Positions 27,105 to 36,250 of a stretch of 64,000 nucleotides of DNA are shown here, piece after piece. This stretch comes from Pseudonocardiales bacterium. GTDB lineage: Bacteria > Actinomycetota > Actinomycetes > Mycobacteriales > Jatrophihabitantaceae. The notes under the pieces are model-generated. The model did not search any database. It had not been told where the DNA came from and saw only the letters and a program-made list of their open reading frames with translations. Location: positions 6,621-70,620 of the forward strand of contig JAVHVH010000129.1 in the NCBI GenBank assembly GCA_032160665.1, written 5' to 3'. The stretch's first letter is position 1. The number at the start of each line of letters is the position of its first letter. The position numbers and the translations under genes are program-made.

Positions 27105-28241
27105 ATGCCAGACGGACGCCGGTCAGGGCTGGGCACGTTCCGCGACTCCCTGACCCGGCGGGACTGGACCTCGCTCGCCGGGATGATCGGCTTCATCGTT
27201 TTCCTGCATGTCCTGGGTTTTGTGATCCTGTTTGCCTTCGTCGTGCCCGGGCATTACAACCTCGGCACGAGCGGCGTGTACGGGGTCGGCGTCGGAGTGC
27301 TGGCCTACACGTTCGGCTTGCGGCACGCCTTCGACGCCGACCACATTGCTGCGGTCGACAACACGACCCGCAAGCTGATGGCCGACGCCGATCGGACGGG
27401 CGAGGATCGCAAGCCGTTGTCGGTCGGGTTCTGGTTCTCGCTGGGCCACTCGACCATCGTGTTCGTTCTCGCGTTCCTGCTGTCGATCGGTGTCAAGGCG
27501 ATCGCCGGGCCGGTAGCTGACAGCGGCTCTGGCCTGCATTCGGTCACTGGCATCATCGGCGCGTCAGTGTCCGGCACGTTCCTCTGGGTGCTCGGGTTGC
27601 TCAACCTCGTGGTGCTAGTCGGCATCGTCAAGATCTTCCGCGAGATGCGCGAGGGGCGCTACGACGAGCGACAACTGGAGGAGCAGCTCAACAAGCGCGG
27701 TTTCATGAACCGCTTTCTCAACGGCTTGACGAGGTCGGTGCGCAAGCCGTGGCACATCTACCCGGTGGGCGTCCTGTTCGGCCTCGGCTTCGACACCGCG
27801 ACCGAGGTCGGCCTGCTCGTGCTGGCCGGTGGCGCCGCGGCGTTCAATCTGCCGTTCTACTCGATTCTGGTGCTCCCGATCCTGTTCGCCGCCGGCATGT
27901 GCCTGGCCGACACCGTGGACGGCGTCTTCATGAATGCCGCCTATGGCTGGGCGTTCGCGAAACCGGTCCGGAAGGTGTTCTACAACATCACGATCACCGC
28001 GATCTCGGTCGCTGTCGCCCTCATCATCGGCACGATCGAGCTGAGCACCGTGCTGGCTGACCAGGCCGGAATCCAGTCGGGCCCGCTCGCCGCGATCGCG
28101 AAGGTTCCGCTCGACTACGCCGGCTACGGCATCGTCGCGTTGTTCGTCGCGTTCTGGTGTGCCGCGTTGCTGGTATGGCGCTTCGGCCGGATCGAGGAGA
28201 AATGGTCGGCGCACCTGGCCCAACCGGTGCATCCCGACTGA
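27105..28241 (+). CDS. High-affinity nickel/cobalt transporter (HoxN/HupN/NixA, NiCoT)
   Basis: GLRHAFDADHIAAVDN signature, FSLGHSTIV, GLGFDTATE. Confidence 0.95.
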   Translation: MPDGRRSGLGTFRDSLTRRDWTSLAGMIGFIVFLHVLGFVILFAFVVPGHYNLGTSGVYGVGVGVLAYTFGLRHAFDADHIAAVDNTTRKLMADADRTGEDRKPLSVGFWFSLGHSTIVFVLAFLLSIGVKAIAGPVADSGSGLHSVTGIIGASVSGTFLWVLGLLNLVVLVGIVKIFREMREGRYDERQLEEQLNKRGFMNRFLNGLTRSVRKPWHIYPVGVLFGLGFDTATEVGLLVLAGGAAAFNLPFYSILVLPILFAAGMCLADTVDGVFMNAAYGWAFAKPVRKVFYNITITAISVAVALIIGTIELSTVLADQAGIQSGPLAAIAKVPLDYAGYGIVALFVAFWCAALLVWRFGRIEEKWSAHLAQPVHPD

Positions 28242-28250
28242 CGCCCGGGC

Positions 28251-30371
28251 TCAGAACTGCTTGTGCAGCACGAGTGGGTACACCGCCGCGGCGCCCGCTT
28301 CGCGCAACAGGGCGGCCGCGACCGTCAGCGTGAAGCCGCTGCGCGTCGAGTCGTCCACGAGCAGGACCGGACCGGGCGGGACGTCCCCGCCGATCCGCAG
28401 CCGCCGCAGGGCAAGTGCGGCCGAGTCGGCATTGGTCTCGGCATCGCCCTGCCGCCCGGGTCCGTCGGCCACCAGCGGGGTCACCACCGACATCCGGCCC
28501 AGCGTCCCGATCCGCTCGGCGAGGTCCCGGAGCAAAGTGTCGCAGCGCCGCGACGGCACCCAGCACACCCACGTCGGGCGGCCGGCCGGCCAGCCCCACG
28601 AGGCGAGCACGTCGACCATTGCGTCGAAGATCTCGGCCGGGACGGGCGCGTCGCGGGCCAGCGCGGCGCGCACCGGCTCGAACCAGATCGCGTCCTCTCC
28701 GCGGGACAGGGCACGCCCGGGTTCGGCGCGCTGCACGTCGGGGATCCGGCCGCGTCGCGGGGCGCCGGACGGCCACATCTTGCGGGGTTCGATGACCACG
28801 CGCTGCGAGCGCAGGTGAGTCAGGGCGGCCTGGACGGTGCCAGGCCCGGCGGCGATGCCGGGTGCGGGTAGGCGGCCGGTACAGACCGAACAGCGCCCGC
28901 AGTCGGTCTCAGTGCGGTCGTCGAGTTCGGCGCGCAACGTGCGCATCAGGCAGGCCGCGCTCGTCTGGTAACCGCGCATGACGTCCTGCTCGCGGCGCCG
29001 CGCCGCCGCGATGCCCTCGTGCCGCGCACGGTCATAGGTCCACGGCGCGCCGGTGACGGCCCACCCGCCGTCCACCCGCTCGACCGCGCCGTCGACATCC
29101 AGGACCTTCAGCAACGACTCGAGCCGTCCCCGTCGCAGGCCGCTCTCGATCTCCAGCCTGGGCAGGCTCAGCGGGCCGCCCGCGAGCGCGTCGAGCACCG
29201 CTCGCACCTTGGCCTCCGGCGGGAACGCGGTCGAGTCGAAGTAGGCCCAGATCCGTTCCTGGGCGTGGGTGGGGAGCAGTACGGCATTCGCGTGGTCGAG
29301 CGCGCGGCCGGCCCGGCCGACCTGCTGGTAATAGGCGATCGGAGAGGCCGGCGCGCCGAGGTGGACGACGAAGCCGAGGTCGGGCATGTCGAGTCCCATC
29401 CCGAGCGACGACGTCGCCACGAGCGCGCGCAACTCGTGCGCGAGCAGCGCGCGTTCGAGCCCGACCCGTTCCTCGGGTGGGGTGGCCGAGGAGTAGGCCG
29501 CCACCGCGAGGCCTTGCGCGCGCAGGAACTCGGCCAGTTGGGTGGTCTCGTCGACGGTGAGCATGTAGACGATGCCGCTGCCGTCGAGGTGGTCGCCGTT
29601 GAGCGCGTCGGCGATCCAGGCGTAGGCGTGCGGCAGGTCAGGCGTCGAGATGACGGACAGCGCCAGACTCTCGCGGTCGAGGGACCCGCGCAGCGTCAGC
29701 GTGTCGGTGCCGAGCTGGTCGGCGACGTCGCGGCTGACGCGGTCGTTCGCGGTCGCGGTCGTGGCGAGGACGGGCGTGCCCGTCGGCAGTCGTTCCAGGA
29801 CGCTGCGCAGGCGTCGGTAGTCGGGACGGAAGTCGTGACCCCAGTCGGAGAGGCAATGCGCTTCGTCCACGACGAGCATTCCGACGCGCGGGCCCAGCGC
29901 CGGCAGCACCCGAGTGCGGAAGCCGGCCGAGTTGAGCCGTTCGGGGGAGATCAGCAACACGTCGACGTCGTCGGCGGCGATCCGGGCCTCGATGGATGAC
30001 CAATCTTCGATGTTCGCACTGTTCAGGGTGACGGCGTGCAGGCCGGACCGCTCGGCGGCGGCGACCTGGTCGCGCATCAGGGCGAGCAGCGGCGAGATCA
30101 CCAGGGTCGGGCCTCGGCCGCGGGCCCGTTGCAGACCCGTGGCGATCCAGTAGACCGCCGACTTGCCCCAGCCGGTGCGCTGCACGACCTCGACCGTGCG
30201 CCCGGCCAGCAGCGCCGCGATCGCTTCCCATTGGTCCTCGCGCAGGACGGCGTGCGGGCCGGCGAGCCGGGTGAGCTGACGCTGTGCCTCTGCGCGCGCG
30301 TCCGGCCGCTGTGCGGTGGAACGCCCGCTGGCACGCTGCGTCGCGGCGGGCAACTCGGTCGGGTCCGTCAC
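28251..30371 (-). CDS. RecQ-like helicase with C-terminal PRTase-like domain (RqlH type)
   Basis: QRTGWGKS, VVDEAHCLSDWGHDFRPDY, YYQQVGRAGR, Zn-binding C...CGRCSVC, PRPP-loop-like LLVDDSTRSGFT. Confidence 0.88.
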   Translation of the reverse strand: MTDPTELPAATQRASGRSTAQRPDARAEAQRQLTRLAGPHAVLREDQWEAIAALLAGRTVEVVQRTGWGKSAVYWIATGLQRARGRGPTLVISPLLALMRDQVAAAERSGLHAVTLNSANIEDWSSIEARIAADDVDVLLISPERLNSAGFRTRVLPALGPRVGMLVVDEAHCLSDWGHDFRPDYRRLRSVLERLPTGTPVLATTATANDRVSRDVADQLGTDTLTLRGSLDRESLALSVISTPDLPHAYAWIADALNGDHLDGSGIVYMLTVDETTQLAEFLRAQGLAVAAYSSATPPEERVGLERALLAHELRALVATSSLGMGLDMPDLGFVVHLGAPASPIAYYQQVGRAGRALDHANAVLLPTHAQERIWAYFDSTAFPPEAKVRAVLDALAGGPLSLPRLEIESGLRRGRLESLLKVLDVDGAVERVDGGWAVTGAPWTYDRARHEGIAAARRREQDVMRGYQTSAACLMRTLRAELDDRTETDCGRCSVCTGRLPAPGIAAGPGTVQAALTHLRSQRVVIEPRKMWPSGAPRRGRIPDVQRAEPGRALSRGEDAIWFEPVRAALARDAPVPAEIFDAMVDVLASWGWPAGRPTWVCWVPSRRCDTLLRDLAERIGTLGRMSVVTPLVADGPGRQGDAETNADSAALALRRLRIGGDVPPGPVLLVDDSTRSGFTLTVAAALLREAGAAAVYPLVLHKQF

Positions 30372-30495
30372 TCGTCCATCGTGCCGGACGGCACCGACAG
30401 GCGGGCGCCGTCGTCCACAGCCGGCTGATCCTTCCTGGGCCGCGTGGCCACCCGGATCCCGCAGGTGAGCATGAAACCGACACGCCCGCATGGCA

Positions 30496-30525
30496 GTGGC
30501 CCGGGTCCTCGCGGACCCGGGCCAC
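30496..30525 (-). terminator. Perfect 13-bp hairpin with GCGA tetraloop (minus strand) downstream of the serine hydrolase
   Basis: gtggcccgggtcc-tcgc-ggacccgggccac; no U tract. Confidence 0.65.
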
Positions 30526-30584
30526 CATCCACCCGTATGCCGACCGACCGGTTGCCCGGCCGGCCGGCACCCCCTGGTTGCGGG

Positions 30585-32369
30585 TTACCAGGTCCCGAGC
30601 GCTGCGTCGACGTACGGACGCATGGCGGTGTTGAACGCCGTCGTCCGTGCCGTGGACAGCGCCGACTTGGCCGATGCGGTCGTGAACTGGACCTGGTCGA
30701 AGTAGTCGCCGTAGAAATAGGCCCGAGGCGTCACGGTCCCACTCACCTTGTACGGAATGGTGATCAGCGAACCGTTTGCCCACGAGATCGGGCTGGTGAC
30801 GTTATCGCCGCCGTACTGGTACGAGCCGCCCTTGGCGATCCAGGTGACCTTGTTGCAGAACGCCGTGGCCGTGGCTGACGACTTGCCGAGCTTCGTGGCC
30901 TCGGTCGAGACCAAGCTGCAGAAGTTGGTCTTGAACCCGGAGTAGTTCGCGTCGTTCAGCATCCGGGTGCGGAAGTTCGTCCACCAGGTTGCGTTCGTGA
31001 TGTCGGTCTTCGACTGGTAGGCCGAGTACAGCGCCGACAGGTCACCGAGCGACGTCGAGTTGTGCGTGGCCGCGGTCGGGCACCCGATGTTGTGGTTGAT
31101 CGCGGTGTGCGTCATGTTCAGGTGCGTGGCCTCGTTCAGCATCGCGGCCTTGCCGTACTTGAGCAGGATGCCCTTGGTCATCCGGTTGTCCGACTGCTGC
31201 ATCATCAGCGTGTCCGCGTCCTTCAGCGTCTTCGCGCCCACCGAGGAGTAGTCGTCCGGGCAGATGTCGCCGTTAGTTGAGTCCGCCGAGTTGTAGGTGT
31301 AGGCGACCGGGTCGGCGTCGTGCGTCCCGCCGGCCTGCTCGCTGGCGATCGCCGTGTAGTGGTAGAGCACCTTCAATGCCGACGCCGGCTCGAAGGCGAC
31401 GCTCGTCTGCAGGCCGGCCTGCTGCGAACCGCCGACCTGCTTGAGCAGGAACCCGTAGTGCCCGTTCGGCACCTTGGGTCCGAGGACCCCGGCCAGCTTC
31501 GTCGACAGCGCGTCGAGATCGTTGACCATGACGACCGCGTACAGCGTCGAACTGCCCGACGGGTAGGGCGTGACGTCGAAGATGCGCTGGCCGAGCTGTT
31601 GGGCCTTCGCGACGAGCGTGCTGAGGCTCGAGCCGTAGTAGGTGTACCACGGCGTGCCGGCCCGGTTGGAGTACATGATCGCGTTGTACGTGCCGCTCAG
31701 GTTGCGGTCGAGATCGACGATGCGCAGGTGGTTCGTGAGCGCGATGTTGTTCAGGTCGGCGACGGTCTTTCCGTAGTAGTACCGCCAGCCGATGTTGTCC
31801 GTACCGGTGTTGCTGCCGAGAACCGCGGACCACTGGTCGGTGCCGAGGATCCGGCCGAAGCTGACCAGCCGGTAGCTGCTGGTGATCTTCGACTTGATGA
31901 AGTCGATGCTGCCGTAGTAGAACTTCCAGGATTCGGCGTTGGCGCCGGTGTTGGCGATCATCACCGAGGCGCACCGGGTGACCCCGGAGACCACGTAGCA
32001 CTGCACCGACGAGGGCCGCTGGTTGTGGTCGCTCGCGTAGGTGGCCAGGCCCGTTGGGGTCTGGCCCCAGTGCCACGTCCACGACGTTGCGTAGGCGCCG
32101 GTGTTCTTGACCATCGCGACGGTGAACTTCGGCGTCCCGGCGGTATAGGTGACCTTGACGTCCGTCAGGCGCGCGTTGTTGGCGCTGACGAGGCTGTTGA
32201 CCTGGGCCTCGGTCACGTTGTTGTAGGCCCACCAGCTGGTGGGACTGACCAGTTCGCGATCCTCTCCCGGCCCCACCCCTGCGGAGGCCGGAAGGGGTGC
32301 GGCGACGACGGCAAATGCCGCGCCGACGAGCGCTCCGGTGGCTAGCAACGATCTGAGCTTCTTGCTCAT
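30585..32369 (-). CDS. Secreted serine hydrolase: five ~50-aa tandem repeats (BTRD1/polyglycine-hydrolase-like) plus class A beta-lactamase-fold domain
   Basis: Signal peptide ...LPASA; repeats WWAYNN/WTWHWG/WKFYYG/WRYYYG/WYTYYG; SxxK (ASALK), SDN, KGG. Confidence 0.82.
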   Translation of the reverse strand: MSKKLRSLLATGALVGAAFAVVAAPLPASAGVGPGEDRELVSPTSWWAYNNVTEAQVNSLVSANNARLTDVKVTYTAGTPKFTVAMVKNTGAYATSWTWHWGQTPTGLATYASDHNQRPSSVQCYVVSGVTRCASVMIANTGANAESWKFYYGSIDFIKSKITSSYRLVSFGRILGTDQWSAVLGSNTGTDNIGWRYYYGKTVADLNNIALTNHLRIVDLDRNLSGTYNAIMYSNRAGTPWYTYYGSSLSTLVAKAQQLGQRIFDVTPYPSGSSTLYAVVMVNDLDALSTKLAGVLGPKVPNGHYGFLLKQVGGSQQAGLQTSVAFEPASALKVLYHYTAIASEQAGGTHDADPVAYTYNSADSTNGDICPDDYSSVGAKTLKDADTLMMQQSDNRMTKGILLKYGKAAMLNEATHLNMTHTAINHNIGCPTAATHNSTSLGDLSALYSAYQSKTDITNATWWTNFRTRMLNDANYSGFKTNFCSLVSTEATKLGKSSATATAFCNKVTWIAKGGSYQYGGDNVTSPISWANGSLITIPYKVSGTVTPRAYFYGDYFDQVQFTTASAKSALSTARTTAFNTAMRPYVDAALGTW

Positions 32370-32479
32370 GGATTCTCCCCAGGTAGTCGACGCGACCCGC
32401 GCGCATCCGACGCCTGCCATGAGAAAGCTAGGGTCGCGGTGATACCCGAGGAATCGGCAGAAGTTCCCTCCAGGAACGA

Positions 32480-35242
32480 TCAACTGCCATGGGTGACCGG
32501 GATGTCCGGAACGCCCCCCGCGAGAACGGCCGTCAGCTCGGCGCGGTTGCGCACGCCCAGCTTGCGGTAGATGCGGGTGAGGTTGGACGAGACGGTCTTC
32601 ACGCTCAGAAAGAGGGTCTTGGCGATCTCGGCCGAGGTCATCCCGGTGGCCGTCAGGTTGGCGATCTGCCGCTCGGTCTCGGTGAGTTCCGTCGCCGCCG
32701 GGGGACGCAGTCCGACGCGGCCCAGCTCGGCCCGCGCCTTCGCCGCAAAACCTTCCGCGCCGAGTTCCTCGAAGGCTGCCAGTGCCGCCGTGAGCTCGCG
32801 CCGCGCGAGGGACTTCTGCTTGAAGCGGCGGTGGACCTGCCCCTTGGTCAGCAGCGCGCGCGCACGCTCCAACCGTCGCTCGATCCGGTCGTAGAGCTCC
32901 AGCGAGCGTTCCGCGGCGGCCAGCGCCGCGGCCAGGTCGCCCTGCTCGGCGCGCAGCAGAGCCTCGGCCCGCGCCGCAGCCGCGAGCATCGCTGTCCGGT
33001 CCAGCCTGGTGGCCGGTCCGAGCATCTCGGTCAGGGCCCGCTCCGCGTCGGCCATCCGGCCGGCGGCGACCAGCGCTTCGACGCGGTCGCCGGCGAGCTG
33101 GCGCAAAGCGGGTTCGGCCGCGTTGTTCGTGGTGAACAACTCGTGATAGCGGTCGAGGTCGGCGGTCGCAGCGCGGGCGTCGTCCCGCACGAGCGCGCAG
33201 AATCCACGCAGCCCACGGCCCCGCTGCTCGAGCACCCCGTTGCCCGCAGCCACGCCGCGCTCGATCTCCTCGTCAGCAATGACGGCCGCGGCGTCGAGAT
33301 CGCCGCGGTACGCGGCGAGCCACGCGCGCTGGGTCGACATCATCCGGACGTAGAAGGTGTTCTGCGATGTCTGGGCGAGGTCGATGCACTCCTGGATGAG
33401 CCGGTCGGCCTCGTCCCACCGTCCGGACCTCACCTCCAGCTGGGCTCGACAGGCGAGCACGTAGCACCGCGATGCCTCGTCGCTCTCGTCGAGGCACAGC
33501 CGGTAGACGTCGTCCATCTGCTGCCGCGCGCTGGCGAAGTCGTCGGTCCACAACTGCAGGTAGAACAGCACCGACACCGCTCGGTCGGACACCGGCGCGG
33601 ACAGGTCGCCGGCCTGCAGCTCGATCGCCCGACGGCAGGCCTCGAAGTCCGCACCGAGGCCGGCGTAGAACATCGGGCCGAGCTGGGCCGTCAGCGCCTC
33701 GGCGACCCGTCGTGGATCAGGGTCAGGCACCTGCTCCAGGAGCTCGCAGGCGGTACGCGCGTGCGCCAGCGCGACCGTCCAGTCGTCGGCGTTCGAGACC
33801 GCGAGACCCATATGGATGTCGGCCGTGAGATCGAGGTCGTCGCCGGCGAGGACGAGCGCCTGCAGTTCGAGCGGAGTGGCCTGGATGGGTCCCTCGGTGT
33901 CGTTGACCACCCGGGCGAGCGCGTGCAGAGCGCGGGCCCGCTCGAGGGGTTGGGCGGCGCACTCGGCGGCCGAGGTCAGCTCATGGCGGGCCCGATCGGT
34001 CTCGCCGGCTCGAAAGAGGAGGTTGCCGAGCAGGATGCGCCGTTCGGTGAGCTTCGGACTGCTGGCCGGTGTGGCCAGCAGCCCGAGCTGGCAGGCGTCC
34101 AGGGCGGCGTCCAGGGCGCCGCGGTGCAAGGCGCGGTCCCGGGCGACGTCCAAAGCGGTGGCCACCGACTCGTCGGCCGCGTCCGCGCCAAGGGCGAGGT
34201 GCCGGGCGCGCTCCTCCTCGCCCTGGACCACCTCGGCGAGTTGAGCGTGCAGGCGCATCCGCTCCTCCGCCGCCAGCCCGTCATACGCCGCGGCCGCGTA
34301 GAGCGGATGGGTGAACGCGACGTCATGCCCGTCGATGCGAATCAGGCCGGCGCGTTCGGCGGCGTCCAGGCTGTCGGCGACGCCCAGGGCCCGCAACTGG
34401 CGCACGCTCGGACGGGTCAGTGCCGACGCGGCGGCCAGGCACACCCGCGTCGGCGCGGGCAGATCAGTGACGTGCCGCCCGACCAGTTCGGCGAGCGAGT
34501 CCGGCATCGGGACGGAGTCGGGCCCGCTGTCCCGGTTGCGCTGCAGCATCGCGCGGGCGACTTCGATCGCGAACAGCGGGTTGCCTCCCGATGAGCCGAC
34601 CGCGCTGCGAACGACCCCGCTCGGGACGACACCGCCGAGTCGCGAGCGCAGCACCTGCTCGAGGTCGGTGGGCACCATCGGCGGAACGGTCCAGCGACTG
34701 AGGCGCACTGCTGCGGCCAGATCGGCGACCAGTTCCGGTGCCGGGGTGCCCGGCTCGGTGCGCATGGTCAGGAGCAGGCCGACGCCGGACGCGGGCAGCC
34801 GCCGCGCGGCGAAGGCGAGCACGCCTGCGGTCTGGGCGTCCAGCCACTGGATGTCGTCGACGCAGACGAACAGAGGTCCCGGTTCGGCCAGGCGGCGCAC
34901 CAGGGTCGTGAACGCGACGGCGACCGCCTGCGGGTTCGCCGCGGCGTCGGTACTGGTTCTCAGCAGCGCGGTCGACAGCGCCGCGGCCTGCACGTCGGGC
35001 AGTCGTGCGATCTCGTCGTCGGTCACCTCGTCGCACAGGTCGATCAACGCCGAACCGACCAGCCTGGTCTCGGCCTGGGCGGGCTGGGCGCGCAGCACCC
35101 GGTGTCCGCTGCTCGCCGAGGAACGGATCAGCTCGTGCCAGATATGGGTCTTGCCGATGCCGGCCGGCCCCTCGAGCAGGAGCGCCTGGGACCGCCCGAG
35201 GACGGCGTCGAGCCATGTGCTGAGCGTGGCTACGGTCGTCAC
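32480..35242 (-). CDS. Large ATP-binding LuxR-family regulator (LAL: AAA/STAND ATPase, TPR-like region, LuxR HTH)
   Basis: LLEGPAGIGKT, VCVDDIQWLD, GGNPLFAIE, C-terminal LTETERQIA...SVKTVSSNLTRIYRKLG; start set at GTG 35242. Confidence 0.92.
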   Translation of the reverse strand: MTTVATLSTWLDAVLGRSQALLLEGPAGIGKTHIWHELIRSSASSGHRVLRAQPAQAETRLVGSALIDLCDEVTDDEIARLPDVQAAALSTALLRTSTDAAANPQAVAVAFTTLVRRLAEPGPLFVCVDDIQWLDAQTAGVLAFAARRLPASGVGLLLTMRTEPGTPAPELVADLAAAVRLSRWTVPPMVPTDLEQVLRSRLGGVVPSGVVRSAVGSSGGNPLFAIEVARAMLQRNRDSGPDSVPMPDSLAELVGRHVTDLPAPTRVCLAAASALTRPSVRQLRALGVADSLDAAERAGLIRIDGHDVAFTHPLYAAAAYDGLAAEERMRLHAQLAEVVQGEEERARHLALGADAADESVATALDVARDRALHRGALDAALDACQLGLLATPASSPKLTERRILLGNLLFRAGETDRARHELTSAAECAAQPLERARALHALARVVNDTEGPIQATPLELQALVLAGDDLDLTADIHMGLAVSNADDWTVALAHARTACELLEQVPDPDPRRVAEALTAQLGPMFYAGLGADFEACRRAIELQAGDLSAPVSDRAVSVLFYLQLWTDDFASARQQMDDVYRLCLDESDEASRCYVLACRAQLEVRSGRWDEADRLIQECIDLAQTSQNTFYVRMMSTQRAWLAAYRGDLDAAAVIADEEIERGVAAGNGVLEQRGRGLRGFCALVRDDARAATADLDRYHELFTTNNAAEPALRQLAGDRVEALVAAGRMADAERALTEMLGPATRLDRTAMLAAAARAEALLRAEQGDLAAALAAAERSLELYDRIERRLERARALLTKGQVHRRFKQKSLARRELTAALAAFEELGAEGFAAKARAELGRVGLRPPAATELTETERQIANLTATGMTSAEIAKTLFLSVKTVSSNLTRIYRKLGVRNRAELTAVLAGGVPDIPVTHGS

Positions 35243-35336
35243 CCAACTCCCTGACCCCAGGCGGTCGACACCGGGACCCGAGTCTAGGGGAGGGGACCGT
35301 TGGTGACGCCGCGGTGGGGGAAGATGATCGCGATCG

Positions 35337-36203
35337 TCAGACCAGTCGGCGGCCGAAGCGGATCCGGAACCGAAGATCCCAGATGAACAGGTTGAACGGA
35401 ATGCGACGCAGGAAGCCCGGGGCGAACCGCTGCCAGGTGCCGATCCGGCGCAGCAGCCGATCGAAGCGTCGTTCGTCGGCATCGGTCCATTCGAGCTGCA
35501 TCTCGTCCCGGAACCGCGGCGGCAGGAACCCGGTGGTGGTGAACAGGTTGAACCGGGCGCTGCCGCGCAGCGCGCGCGGCATGTGGCGGCGACTGACGAG
35601 GTCATAGAGATAGCCGCGGATCGTCGGGTCGATCGAGACTCGGGCGAGGGTGTCCTGCCAATACCGGGCGAATGTGGCCCGGTCAGCGGGCCACATGTGG
35701 TCAGGCACCTGCAGGGTCGTCCCGAACCGGGCGGCGTACCGGTAGAACGCGTCGGCCTCGTCATCGGCCATCGGCCCGTGCATGCGGTTGTAGACGTCGA
35801 CCGATCCGTAGTACAGGCATGCGGCGACCCACAGCTGCAGGTCCCGGTCGAACGCGTTGTACTTCACCGGACTGGCCGCATCCGAGCGCACGAAGCGGTG
35901 GGCCCCGTTGACCGCGTCCCGATAGGCGGCTCGTTCGGCGTCACTGCCCAGCATCGCGACGGACAGATAGGTGAACGTGGTGCGGAACCGCTTGATCGGG
36001 TGCTTGGTGACCTTGCCGCTGTCGACCTTGCTCTCGAACACGCCGTAGCCGACAGGCGCGAGGGCCAGCTGCATGATCACGTTGGCCGGCCCGGCGAGCA
36101 GGGCGCCGATGCCGTCGAGATAGGGACGGGCGTCGAACTCGGCGGGCTCCCCGATGCGGGCGGGCTCCGCGACGGCGGCCGGGTCCACCGCTTCGCGCGT
36201 CAC
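35337..36203 (-). CDS. DUF2236/MpaB oxygenase-family protein
   Basis: LLAGPANVIMQL, KRFRTTFTY, VNGAH, LWVAACL. Confidence 0.85.
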   Translation of the reverse strand: MTREAVDPAAVAEPARIGEPAEFDARPYLDGIGALLAGPANVIMQLALAPVGYGVFESKVDSGKVTKHPIKRFRTTFTYLSVAMLGSDAERAAYRDAVNGAHRFVRSDAASPVKYNAFDRDLQLWVAACLYYGSVDVYNRMHGPMADDEADAFYRYAARFGTTLQVPDHMWPADRATFARYWQDTLARVSIDPTIRGYLYDLVSRRHMPRALRGSARFNLFTTTGFLPPRFRDEMQLEWTDADERRFDRLLRRIGTWQRFAPGFLRRIPFNLFIWDLRFRIRFGRRLV

Positions 36204-36250
36204 CCGGCCGACGCTAGCAGGCTGTTGGCAGGTTGCCAACGAGCGTCGCG

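Noticed and set aside
32415-32445. CTAGGGT-N9-ACCCGAG as a LAL binding site
   Set aside because: Short, mismatched, and spacing unlike LuxR-type boxes I know; insufficient support.
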